This document shows positions 27,481-36,055 of a stretch of DNA of 46,238 nucleotides, in pieces. The stretch lies in the IMG/VR virus record IMGVR_UViG_3300033141_002325, positions 1-46,238 of that record. The stretch is one strand, 5' to 3'. The DNA comes from a virus. The translations under genes and the position numbers were made by a program. The notes under the pieces were generated by a model. That model had not been told where the DNA came from. It saw only the letters and a program-made list of their open reading frames with translations, and did not search any database. Within the stretch, counting starts at the first letter, position 1. Each line of letters begins with the position of its first letter.

Positions 27481-29923
27481 TCTCCTTTATTTTATTGTAT
27501 CCTTCTTCTAATCTCAACGCAAGTAGTTGAGAAGACTCAGGAAACTTATTGTGTTTGAATTCTATTCCTTCTTCTTTATAAAGATTAAATCCCATTACTA
27601 AGTCAACAGGAATTACAAACTCTACCTCACCCCATTTCAAAGAAGTCTCAAGGGATTCCTTAATCCTCATTAACATATCAGCATGCTCAGACCAGGGGAT
27701 GCTAAGAGGTATTTGAAAACCTATTGAGTCATGCACTTGAATGAGAAGCTCCAAGGGCTCGAACCATTGCTGGTTTTGATAGATAAATGCCAAGCCTTGT
27801 TCGTCAATCTTATCTGCAATTGTAGACTGAGGAATTTGAGCATAAGCATCACGAAACAAATCATCTCCCCATTGCTGAAGAAAGAGTCTCTTACGACCAA
27901 AAAGGTTTGTGAGAGTTCTATCTTTTGCAAGCTGAGTTTTAACCATCTGATGAAAACTTCCTCTAACCTCAGGATAAATAGAATGATAACGATCAAGAAG
28001 CCACTTACTTTCATTCTCCATTATCTCAACTTGGAGAGCGAACTTCTTATATCCAAGATCGTAGTTAAAAGAGTGATTAGTTTTCTTTCCCCAAAATCTT
28101 TCTGAATGAGTACCATCACCAAGGGATGAGCTTCCATCTTCATCCGAGATTTCGTTGGGACTCTTGCCAAAAATTAAAGAAGCAGTTAAAGTATGAACAT
28201 CTGCTTCCTCTTCAAAGGCCTTTATCATGCGAGCTACCTTGCCTATATAAGCTACTATTCTATTCTCACCTTGAGACAGATCAAAAGAATAATAAATGTA
28301 TCCTTCATCAGCAAGCAGATATTTTAACAACTTATGAGGCCAGTTTTGCATATTCATTCCTGTACCAAAGATATTCTCGCTTGAAGAAAGTCTACCTGTC
28401 TTTGTTCCAACAGGGTTATAAGAACAGCGAATTCTCTTATCAGAATCTACTTTGTCTAGATTCATATAAGCAGAGGAAAGCTTACGCAAGGTTCTTATCT
28501 TTCCCACAATCGAGGCTTCCTTAACTCCCTTTCTACTAAGTCGCTTTAAGGCAGTTTCATCTGTTGTGATAGCTCCTTTTTTTCTGTAAGCCTTATGTCC
28601 AAGCTTCTCATAGAAATACCATTTGAGCTGATTAGGAGAGTTTGCATTAAGCTCCATTCCTGCAAGAGAGTTCAGCTCCTTTTGGAAACCTGTAAGCTGA
28701 CTTTCCATTTCCATTTTAGCACCAAGCATACCACTAGTGTTTACTCTTATTCCTCTATTCATCATATAAACAAGAGGTTCGACTATGCTTACTTGGCGTT
28801 CATAGGTAGGCAAATTGTCTTGATGTTTTAGATGTTTCAGCTGTTCAGGAAATGAAGCTGCACAAGATATACTATCCATTCCATTATAGTGCCAAAGAGT
28901 TTCCCACGCACCACCTACTTTGAACCATCTTTTTCCATCAGCTTTGTAATAAGGAATGTCAGTGTGAGTGGAGACTATGAAGTCTAAGCCCATTGGGTAG
29001 TCAGGAAACAAAATCTTCTGAGCAATCATAGTATCATGAATGTTGTGGACCTTGATTCCGAAGCGAGAGAGAAGAACAGTGGAGTCGAACGCTAGGTTCT
29101 GACCACGCTTTTTGATCTCAGAATCTTCAAGGATTAAGGCAATAGCCTTCCATATTGCAGCTTCCTGCTCAATTGTGAAGTAGTCTCCCCTTGAGTCGAT
29201 GAAAGGAATTGACATAGCATTATGAGGAGAGTGAGCGAAGCTGATACAGGAGACCTCGTTGTTGAAGACCTCGATGTCAAAATCTATAACAGCTCCGCTC
29301 TTGCCTTTCTCATGGCAGAGGTTGAGAAAGGCTAGTGAGTCATAGTAAGAAGGACCTATAGTTATGTTACGTCCTTCTGGACGAATCTCAGGAAAGGCTG
29401 CTTCTTTCATTGCCTTAATCAAATCAAAGATTATCAGACGCTTATTCAAGTAAACATTCTTTGGAGGAATGACAGTAGCAGGATGAATAATAGGGACTAC
29501 TTTCTTTCCTGGAATAAGAGTAGACTCAAGGACTGATCCTCGCCAGCTTGTAATTCCCATTCTACTTGTAAGAACATAAAGAGCTACATTGCCAATGGCT
29601 ATTATTACATTAGCAGAGCAATCAAGTAATTCATCCTTAAGTATTTGAACATACTCTCTGCCCTCATCAGAAAGACTCACACTTCCTCGACCAAACTTGA
29701 TGTATTGATCAAGAGGAAGGTCTAAGTCCTTAACCACGTTCGTGATGTAGCATTCGAACCTGGAGATCTTAGCCACGGTGAGACAGGAAGTAAGTTCTCT
29801 ACCTGCAGGCCCAGTGAAAGGCTTACGAGTGTAGATTTCTGATCTTCCAGGCTGTTCACCTACCAAAGCAATTGAGCAATTTTTTCTGTCTCCCTCAGGA
29901 GGAACAGCGGTTGCCTTCTTCAT
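27464..29923 (-). CDS. Family A DNA polymerase with 3'-5' exonuclease and an N-terminal UDG-like (family 4-like) domain
   Basis: 819 aa. UDG-like motifs: ALVGEQPGRSE, FTGPAGREL, IIHPAT. Exo I/II/III: DFDIEV, NLAFDS, YNGMDS. Pol motif A is SFDLSQGENRIVAY, motif B is RFWGKKTNHSFNYDLGY and motif C is LIQVHDSI. Confidence 0.88.
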   Translation of the reverse strand: MKKATAVPPEGDRKNCSIALVGEQPGRSEIYTRKPFTGPAGRELTSCLTVAKISRFECYITNVVKDLDLPLDQYIKFGRGSVSLSDEGREYVQILKDELLDCSANVIIAIGNVALYVLTSRMGITSWRGSVLESTLIPGKKVVPIIHPATVIPPKNVYLNKRLIIFDLIKAMKEAAFPEIRPEGRNITIGPSYYDSLAFLNLCHEKGKSGAVIDFDIEVFNNEVSCISFAHSPHNAMSIPFIDSRGDYFTIEQEAAIWKAIALILEDSEIKKRGQNLAFDSTVLLSRFGIKVHNIHDTMIAQKILFPDYPMGLDFIVSTHTDIPYYKADGKRWFKVGGAWETLWHYNGMDSISCAASFPEQLKHLKHQDNLPTYERQVSIVEPLVYMMNRGIRVNTSGMLGAKMEMESQLTGFQKELNSLAGMELNANSPNQLKWYFYEKLGHKAYRKKGAITTDETALKRLSRKGVKEASIVGKIRTLRKLSSAYMNLDKVDSDKRIRCSYNPVGTKTGRLSSSENIFGTGMNMQNWPHKLLKYLLADEGYIYYSFDLSQGENRIVAYIGKVARMIKAFEEEADVHTLTASLIFGKSPNEISDEDGSSSLGDGTHSERFWGKKTNHSFNYDLGYKKFALQVEIMENESKWLLDRYHSIYPEVRGSFHQMVKTQLAKDRTLTNLFGRKRLFLQQWGDDLFRDAYAQIPQSTIADKIDEQGLAFIYQNQQWFEPLELLIQVHDSIGFQIPLSIPWSEHADMLMRIKESLETSLKWGEVEFVIPVDLVMGFNLYKEEGIEFKHNKFPESSQLLALRLEEGYNKIKENEDGE

Positions 29924-30465
29924 ATTACTTCTTCTTTCTTGTTAAAAGTTTTGTAAGTCCTTACAATCAAATGGGAGTACTTTAATATGTAAGGACTAAG
30001 ATCATCGTAGTAATCCAACGAGGTACAAACCACTGTGTCGATGTTAGCATTAATTAGAACAGCGAGACAGTTCTTACAAGGAATACCACAGGTTAAGTAC
30101 ATAAAAGCTCCCGAAGTTTCTATCCCAAGCATAGCCGCATGAGCAATGCAATTTACTTCTGCATGAGTAGCTGGGCATAAGTGAAGACCTTGACCAGAAG
30201 AATAACCTAAAAGAAGTCTAGGACATACTGGGAAGACTTCGTTTGGTTTGGGAAGAGACTCGCTAGATAAAATGAACTCAGCACAAAGCAAGTCGTCAAA
30301 GTTATGTCTCTTGTCACAGTGAGGAATTCCTCTTGGAGGTCCATTGTAGCCAGTTGCTATTACTACCTTGTTTTTTACAAGAACCGCTCCTATTTGACGA
30401 GAAAGACATTTGGAGTTCGAAGCTACAACATGGGCTAAGTCATAAAAGTATTTATCCCAAGACAT
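29920..30465 (-). CDS. dCMP (deoxycytidylate) deaminase
   Basis: Zinc motifs are HAEVNCI and PCKNC. The ATG at 30465 overlaps the upstream stop (TGATG). The track ORF is extended to 30504. Confidence 0.85.
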   Translation of the reverse strand: MSWDKYFYDLAHVVASNSKCLSRQIGAVLVKNKVVIATGYNGPPRGIPHCDKRHNFDDLLCAEFILSSESLPKPNEVFPVCPRLLLGYSSGQGLHLCPATHAEVNCIAHAAMLGIETSGAFMYLTCGIPCKNCLAVLINANIDTVVCTSLDYYDDLSPYILKYSHLIVRTYKTFNKKEEVI

Positions 30466-30692
30466 CACATAACTCCTTCCCAAGGCAATCCTGCTAAGCC
30501 ACAATAACCTCTTCGAGGATTATAATGAGTTATAATCCACTTATTTTCTGAGCTTAGTTTGTATTTGGGTTGTCCATCTTCTCCATCGAACCAACGCCAT
30601 TTCATACATCTTTCTCCGACACAATAGAAGTCTCGGAAATCTGCTCCTTGAGCACAGTATTTGTTTCTAGCCTCTTTATCTGAAACTAACAT
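30465..30692 (-). CDS. Hypothetical Cys-rich small protein
   Basis: 75 aa from ATG 30692 (MLVSDKEARNKYCAQGADFRDFYCVGERCMKWRWF...GYCGLAG). The start overlaps the upstream stop through the same 17-nt junction found at 30462. Confidence 0.6.
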   Translation of the reverse strand: MLVSDKEARNKYCAQGADFRDFYCVGERCMKWRWFDGEDGQPKYKLSSENKWIITHYNPRRGYCGLAGLPWEGVM

Positions 30693-31012
30693 CACATAAC
30701 TCCTTTCTCCTTGAGCATTCCCTGGAGCAGCCATAAGTAGTTAATGGCATCATAGATCTTAGACTCCCAGTCCTTTTTAAGAACTACTTTTCCCATAGCA
30801 TCATTGTCAATGAAGTCGTTAATGGCTACTAGATGCTTAGCAAGCATTCCATAAAGAGCTTGCTCAGGAGTACTGCTAAGCAATCCAGCTGCGGACCTGA
30901 AGTTAGAAAATCTATCATCTTCAAAGGAATAATCCTTTCCTTTGCTGTTCAGGATCTTTCTGCATTTAGTAATGCTTTCATCTACTGTTATCATAAATTC
31001 TTGATCTGTCAT
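30692..31012 (-). CDS. All-alpha NTP-pyrophosphohydrolase-like (MazG/DUF1599-like) protein
   Basis: 106 aa. The segment KGKDYSFEDDRFSNFRSAAGLL...YGMLAKHLVAINDFI resembles the DUF1599/MazG-like pattern as I remember it. RBS aagggagg. Confidence 0.4.
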   Translation of the reverse strand: MTDQEFMITVDESITKCRKILNSKGKDYSFEDDRFSNFRSAAGLLSSTPEQALYGMLAKHLVAINDFIDNDAMGKVVLKKDWESKIYDAINYLWLLQGMLKEKGVM

Positions 31013-31025
31013 TTTAGTTCCTCCC

Positions 31026-31178
31026 TTACTTGTTGAGTTTTTGGTTTGTTAGTAATATTAAAATGTTTACCTTCTCGATAATCTCATTGATCTTCTCAAT
31101 CTTTGCGTCATAGAATATATCTATATCACTCATTGGCATATATTCTATTTCATTAAGTCCTTCATGCTGCAAAGGCAT
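31026..31178 (-). CDS. Small hypothetical protein (50 aa), absent from the ORF track
   Basis: MPLQHEGLNEIEYMPMSDIDIFYDAKIEKINEIIEKVNILILLTNQKLNK. The ATG directly follows the methyltransferase stop (GGAGGCTAATAATG). It fills an otherwise empty 167-nt gap. Confidence 0.45.
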   Translation of the reverse strand: MPLQHEGLNEIEYMPMSDIDIFYDAKIEKINEIIEKVNILILLTNQKLNK

Positions 31179-31180
31179 TA

Positions 31181-32506
31181 TTAGCCTCCTCTCATCTCTT
31201 CCAACATAATCCTTGATACATAACCTTCCTTGTACTCAGAAGAAAGATCATAGCCAATCGGAAACATTTTCTTATTGTAAGCAGCAACAAGAGTGTTTCC
31301 ACTTCCTGCGAAAGGAACAAGAACTCTTGAGCCTTCCCAGGCAAACACGTTAAGAAGTTCTTCTATCAACTCAACTGGACGCTCAGTAGGATGAATCTTT
31401 TGAGCAGGAAAAACAGGAGGAAAGTTAAACACGTTCGATCTTCCACGTTTATCCAAGTTGATCTTTGCATCACCTTTCTTTGCATAAAAGAACATTTCAT
31501 AACTACTTGCAAGATAAATATCTGGATGCTTAGTTTGTCCAGAAGGCTTAGTCCAGATTCCACAGAGCCTACGAGTTTGAAAGCCTGCTTCTTTAATCAT
31601 GTGATACATAGGATCAAACCACGGCTCAGGACCGAACCAGACTATTATCCAAGAGTTATCACTCATTACTCGATAGCATTCCCTCAACACGTTCTGCATG
31701 AACTCGAGGTACTGACTACTTGCGACCTCATTATAAGAATCGCCATAGATAATTGAGTAGTTATCTTTGGCTTTCTGTTGAGGCAGGTCAATAGCATAAG
31801 GTGGGTCGAGCTCTACCAACTCAATGCTTTTGTTAGGAACCTTTGTAATCTTGTCGAAGAAATCTCCTACAATATAAGCCTCAGTTTTCTTCTTTGCTGT
31901 CTTACTTAAGAGCTTAGTTGCTTTGTCGGATAGCTCCTTGCGAACAATTCTTTCCTCAAGTTTGTTAAGCATCTTTACAGCATCACTCTTATTCTTGCAC
32001 TTATCCCAATGAAGATCAGGAAATCCCTCGACAGCATCTGCTAGCTTAATGTCCATGCTTACAGTTTTGTGATCTCGACCAATAAGATCTGCTGTGTCTC
32101 TCATGCTCCAACCAGAAGCATCGGGAGATGTGGAGACCTTAGCTCCGTGAATTGCAAGCTGGAGCCTGTGAATCTCACGTTTGAGATTGCAATCTTCAAT
32201 AAAGTCTAAATCCTTACGCTGAATGTTTTCCTCAAGCTCAATAGAACGCATATCAAGATCACTAAGAGCTTTGGTATAAATTCTTACAGGAATTTCTTCT
32301 ATTTCTGCAAGTCTTGCTGCATCAAATCTCCTCCCTCCTGCAAGCAAGATGTAAGGTTTCTCTGGATCATTCTGCTTTGCAACTGCTAAAGGTTGAATAA
32401 TTCCATACTTTTTCATAGACTTAATAAGTCCTTCTAAGTCTCCATAGTCCCTTCTGAATCTACTTTTGCACAAAATATCATTCGCAGATACAATCTTTAC
32501 TAACAT
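31181..32506 (-). CDS. ParB-like nuclease domain fused to a beta-class N6-adenine/N4-cytosine DNA methyltransferase
   Basis: ParB box LLAGGRRFDAARLA. Motif IV VELDPPY precedes motif I VLVPFAGSGNT, which is the beta-class order. ATG 32506 lies after gagaggag; the track start at 32521 is TTG. Confidence 0.8.
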   Translation of the reverse strand: MLVKIVSANDILCKSRFRRDYGDLEGLIKSMKKYGIIQPLAVAKQNDPEKPYILLAGGRRFDAARLAEIEEIPVRIYTKALSDLDMRSIELEENIQRKDLDFIEDCNLKREIHRLQLAIHGAKVSTSPDASGWSMRDTADLIGRDHKTVSMDIKLADAVEGFPDLHWDKCKNKSDAVKMLNKLEERIVRKELSDKATKLLSKTAKKKTEAYIVGDFFDKITKVPNKSIELVELDPPYAIDLPQQKAKDNYSIIYGDSYNEVASSQYLEFMQNVLRECYRVMSDNSWIIVWFGPEPWFDPMYHMIKEAGFQTRRLCGIWTKPSGQTKHPDIYLASSYEMFFYAKKGDAKINLDKRGRSNVFNFPPVFPAQKIHPTERPVELIEELLNVFAWEGSRVLVPFAGSGNTLVAAYNKKMFPIGYDLSSEYKEGYVSRIMLEEMRGG

Positions 32507-32507
32507 A

Positions 32508-32720
32508 TTAACTCCTCTCAAGCATTTTTATTAAGTCTTCTCTCTCAGTTGAAGATAGTTTGGAAACCAAACTGTCCATACTGACTTTCGAAGCCTTTTT
32601 CACCTTATTCTTTTTCTCGACAGGAGTTCTTCTGTACTTGCGGATGCTTCTTATTCGTTCAAAGAGAACATCATCTAACATTTCGGAGACAGAAGTAGCT
32701 AAGTTATTAATCGTTGCCAT
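32508..32720 (-). CDS. Hypothetical protein
   Basis: 70-aa ORF that overlaps both neighbours by a few nt (operon packing). Confidence 0.55.
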   Translation of the reverse strand: MATINNLATSVSEMLDDVLFERIRSIRKYRRTPVEKKNKVKKASKVSMDSLVSKLSSTEREDLIKMLERS

Positions 32721-32940
32721 TTATAGCCTCTTTTACGTGTGGTAAGTTTTGGACTCTCAACTTGCGTGCGAGAATAGCTGCAATCACAATCTCTCCATGA
32801 GTTTCGAGAATCTCTATCACGTCCTCAATTATTACGTTGAAGAGTTCCCGTTTTACTCCCCAAGGAACAAGACGATACAGCTTTGCGGCCTGCTCTTCTG
32901 TTATTTCTATTGATAATCTTGGTCGATACTTCTCTGTCAT
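32707..32940 (-). CDS. Hypothetical protein (possibly ribbon-helix-helix-like)
   Basis: 77 aa. The N-terminal RLSIEITEEQAAKLYRL is reminiscent of RHH proteins, which is weak. Confidence 0.5.
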   Translation of the reverse strand: MTEKYRPRLSIEITEEQAAKLYRLVPWGVKRELFNVIIEDVIEILETHGEIVIAAILARKLRVQNLPHVKEAINGND

Positions 32941-32951
32941 GACTTGCTCCT

Positions 32952-33140
32952 TTAAATAATTTTAGGAGATTTTAGATTCATTAACACCAATCTTTCTTTT
33001 GTTCCATGCTTGATTTTTGCTGTTCTTAGACTTAGCACAGGAGCAATCACGACCTGTTTATCAGCCAGTCTTTTTTGCATAACTATATCAGCATCGTCTG
33101 GAAGATTCTTAATATATTCTTTAAGCTCTTTTATTAGCAT
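32952..33140 (-). CDS. Hypothetical protein
   Basis: 62-aa ORF. Its ATG lies 9 nt downstream (minus sense) of palindrome copy 5, whose AAAGGAG flank supplies the SD. Confidence 0.55.
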   Translation of the reverse strand: MLIKELKEYIKNLPDDADIVMQKRLADKQVVIAPVLSLRTAKIKHGTKERLVLMNLKSPKII

Positions 33141-33149
33141 AACTCACTC

Positions 33150-33172
33150 CTTTGGGGAATTAATCCCCATAG
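33150..33172 (-). repeat. G4-N7-C4 quasi-palindrome, copy 5
   Basis: The plus strand reads CTTTGGGGAATTAATCCCCATAG. The minus strand reads CTATGGGGATTAATTCCCCAAAG-GAG. It lies in the 48-nt gap between 33189 and 33140. Confidence 0.85.
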
Positions 33173-33188
33173 ATTATAATCTCCCTTT

Positions 33189-33416
33189 TTAAATAATTAT
33201 TTCTCTCTGCTCGTTAATAAGTTCCCACTTTTTCATAGCCATAAAGTAATGCATATCGTTATAAGGATTAACGCGTCCATCACAAACAGCAGCACAATTC
33301 GCAGCGTTCATCGCAAGACATTCACAATGACATGCCAAGGCACGACTATGAATCCTTAGAGCTTCTTCATGAGACTCTAATATTCTTAAACTATTAGTAT
33401 CAAAACAAATCTCCAT
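33189..33416 (-). CDS. Hypothetical Cys-rich protein
   Basis: 75-aa ORF containing ACHCECLAMNAANCAAVCDG. Confidence 0.55.
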   Translation of the reverse strand: MEICFDTNSLRILESHEEALRIHSRALACHCECLAMNAANCAAVCDGRVNPYNDMHYFMAMKKWELINEQREIII

Positions 33417-33476
33417 TTGACTCTCCTAAGGGGAGGGCACAAGCAAAGGTACTACCTGTACCCTCACCAATTTAAA

Positions 33477-33869
33477 TCACTTTGCTTTCACAAAGCGCTT
33501 GACGTAATTCTGCTCGCCATACTCTACATCTTCTTTCATGCCGAGAACTGCCCAGGCCGTATTGCCAAAGAAGTTGTCAAGACTTCCTCGCTCATTATCA
33601 GGAATTCCAAAGGCTTTCTTGAATTCCAAGACTGCCCATTTAGCAGCATTGCGTTCCTTCTCTGACATATCAGAGCGCTCATGACCATAGAACTTCGTGA
33701 AATCTTTTGCTGCGGGTACAGAAGGAATATCAAAACGAGGCATGGAATAACTATTCCCGTTCTTGTCAACTCCTTCCCTTACATCAATCAAACGAATTTC
33801 ATACTCTTCGTCCCCAGGAACCGCACGCGGCTCGACTGCATCACTTGTGTCTATTTCCAAAAAACTCAT
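33477..33869 (-). CDS. DUF669-like putative ssDNA-binding protein
   Basis: 130 aa, directly downstream of a Sak4-like ATPase. That is the usual partner arrangement. The sequence-level call is from memory only. Confidence 0.4.
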   Translation of the reverse strand: MSFLEIDTSDAVEPRAVPGDEEYEIRLIDVREGVDKNGNSYSMPRFDIPSVPAAKDFTKFYGHERSDMSEKERNAAKWAVLEFKKAFGIPDNERGSLDNFFGNTAWAVLGMKEDVEYGEQNYVKRFVKAK

Positions 33870-33948
33870 ACTTTTTTTCCTCCTACAATTTAGTTTATTA
33901 AAGTAAAATTACTCCTTAGCCTCTTCTAATTTTTCTTAACCTCCTTTC

Positions 33949-34788
33949 TTATTTAAATAATGAGGGTTTATCCTCAGTTGATCTTCCTGCCTTCTTGAGA
34001 ATGTTCTTCATATCCATAGTTTCATACATCTCAAGCTGACCTCGATTCGCAAGGCGAGACTTTGCCTGATAAAGACCTGTTTTTTGGGTCAACAGTTGAT
34101 ACTCAACTCCTTTGCTTGTCTCCTTGGTCAAGGCTACATAAACTTCATCAAACATCAGAGGAACACGTCGCTTAAGCTTCCCTGTGATCATTAAGGAAAC
34201 AAACAACCTGCCTGTTGCCTCGTCTTTCTCCGTATCATCGTGACCAATTAGAATTACGTCACAAGGTAATGAGATCATAGCACGAACAGTATTTTCAATG
34301 ATAGCCATTTGAGGAAGCCAATCGTTCTGAAAGGGATGTCCTCCTGTTCGTCCTGCTTTCCTCATTACATCATAAATGATAGTTTGTGCCCACGTAGTAG
34401 CAGAGTCAATAGCATAAGTTCCTAAGATGTCGAAATAACCTAATTTCTTTCTGTGATGAAAGTTTTTATCCCACTCTTGGATAGCCCAGGGCTTCTCAGG
34501 ATCCTCGCCTTCATAGGTTGAGTCAATTATAATGTTTCCTTTAGCCATCTCATCTGGATATCTTACACCATTGAGAATAGCCTCACCCTGAAGTACTTTT
34601 GTTCCACCAGGATCGAACGAATCTACATGGAGAGGAAGACGACAAGTTCGCAAGAGCGAAGTCTTGCCAGAGCCCGTACCTCCGTAGATGAGAGCATTGA
34701 AACTCTGTGATCGAGGATCATCAGCATAAAGAGTTCGCAGCCTCTCCATTTCCATTTTTATTTCTAGATTCTTGCTTTCCTCAGGCAT
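33949..34788 (-). CDS. Sak4-like / AAA_24 RecA-fold ATPase (recombination mediator)
   Basis: 279 aa with Walker A ALIYGGTGSGKTSL and Walker B-like CDVILIGHDD. It sits between the exonuclease and the SSB-like gene. Confidence 0.7.
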   Translation of the reverse strand: MPEESKNLEIKMEMERLRTLYADDPRSQSFNALIYGGTGSGKTSLLRTCRLPLHVDSFDPGGTKVLQGEAILNGVRYPDEMAKGNIIIDSTYEGEDPEKPWAIQEWDKNFHHRKKLGYFDILGTYAIDSATTWAQTIIYDVMRKAGRTGGHPFQNDWLPQMAIIENTVRAMISLPCDVILIGHDDTEKDEATGRLFVSLMITGKLKRRVPLMFDEVYVALTKETSKGVEYQLLTQKTGLYQAKSRLANRGQLEMYETMDMKNILKKAGRSTEDKPSLFK

Positions 34789-35752
34789 TTTCTTCTCCTT
34801 TCATTTTCCCTAGAACCATCTCATTACGGACTGGTCTATATTTCATTGGATCCCAGAACTCGATCTTAAGTCCCATAGGAACTTCGTCACAACTTCTTAA
34901 AGGATTAGGCCACGCTGTGCAAAAGTCATGATAAGGACAGCCAAACCACTTACTACAGTTCTGTGTGTTCATAGGGAAAGCCATCATAACTTCGTCAGAT
35001 TCCTTACATTCCTTCAAGAGTTCAAAGTTCCACTGAATCTGGTCAAGCCAAAATAGGGTATTCCACATCCAGACTTGCATTGCACTTTTGGTCTTAGAAA
35101 TAGGAATACGTTCGAAAGAAAACTTAGTCTTAAGAAATCCCGAGCCATTGATTCTTACTCCATAGACTTCCTCAGCTGGATAGAGACAATAAAGCACGTG
35201 AGTGTAAGTTCCGACCTGAGTGCTTAAAGGCCACTGTTGCATCCAGGACCTGCTAATAGTAGCTCCAGTTGTCTTGTGCTCCAAAGAGAAGTAACCGAAA
35301 GCACCTATGCCCTTGCAAATAGCATCCTGACGAAAGTGGAGCTTGCGATCCTCAGTTAGAGGAACAGTTCCTGCTATCTCAGTGTAGAGAACTTCAAATT
35401 CTGAGAAGTCACTCTTATACTTCAGAACGTATTCAACTAAGGCTTCAAGTACTCTCGCAGGAGTCTTAGCACCAAAGAGTTCATCTGTCTCCTTAGGGAA
35501 ATCCTTTCTGTAGGTTCTGAGAAAGGCTTCGTAAGCTCCTAAAACACTCGAATCACCATAGCCATTTAAAAGTAAGTATTCCATAGCATCGTGCCACGCT
35601 GAGCCAAAAGACAGATGGTTGTTAGGGGCATCTGTATCCCATCCTAGGATGTAGCGATAGAAATACTTTCTTGGACAGTCCATAAATGCTTGGACTTTGG
35701 AAGAGTCTTGAATTTCCCAAGTGTAATGTTCAGGTACTAAAAAATCACTCAT
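34781..35752 (-). CDS. PD-(D/E)XK Cas4/RecB-like exonuclease with a Cys cluster
   Basis: 323 aa. Motifs: N-terminal FMDCPRKYFYRYILG, core QDAICKG...FSLEHKTT and C-terminal CSKWFGCPYHDFC (four Cys, as in Cas4/AddB Fe-S nucleases). Confidence 0.75.
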   Translation of the reverse strand: MSDFLVPEHYTWEIQDSSKVQAFMDCPRKYFYRYILGWDTDAPNNHLSFGSAWHDAMEYLLLNGYGDSSVLGAYEAFLRTYRKDFPKETDELFGAKTPARVLEALVEYVLKYKSDFSEFEVLYTEIAGTVPLTEDRKLHFRQDAICKGIGAFGYFSLEHKTTGATISRSWMQQWPLSTQVGTYTHVLYCLYPAEEVYGVRINGSGFLKTKFSFERIPISKTKSAMQVWMWNTLFWLDQIQWNFELLKECKESDEVMMAFPMNTQNCSKWFGCPYHDFCTAWPNPLRSCDEVPMGLKIEFWDPMKYRPVRNEMVLGKMKGEENA

Positions 35753-35764
35753 TTTATTCTCCTT

Positions 35765-36055
35765 TTAAATAAGGGATTGTTTGACTATTTTTATCCCAGT
35801 TGTTTGTTCTATGTAGATATTAGCTAATTCCATATTTGGGACATAAGAGAAGTTAACCGAGTTGATAAATAGCTCTTTGGGATTTCCTACAAGTGGCAAG
35901 ATTAACAAGAGTGTTTTATCTCCTTGCTGAACAGTCTGAAGGATTCTAGGATTCTTTAGAATCGACCTGTCCTCAAGATTCAACTCTCCAATTACAGTAA
36001 CTCCTGCCATTCCTAAAATCACTAGTTTTGTTTCATTTGAGTTGTTCTTTTTCAT
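35765..36055 (-). CDS. Hypothetical protein
   Basis: 96-aa ORF whose start overlaps the upstream gene by 23 nt. Confidence 0.55.
   Translation of the reverse strand: MKKNNSNETKLVILGMAGVTVIGELNLEDRSILKNPRILQTVQQGDKTLLLILPLVGNPKELFINSVNFSYVPNMELANIYIEQTTGIKIVKQSLI

Noticed and set aside
27721-28831. Track ORFs inside the polymerase gene (27721..28014 -, 27731..28105 +, 28126..28524 +, 28595..28831 +)
   Set aside because: They are embedded in, or antisense to, the PolA ORF, whose catalytic motifs are continuous in a single frame.
33417-33476. Possible terminator hairpin GGTAC-AGGTA-GTACC after the SSB-like gene
   Set aside because: It has only a 5-bp stem and a weak TTTGCTT tail. The next gene starts 60 nt away with its own RBS, so this is most likely just an intercistronic structure.
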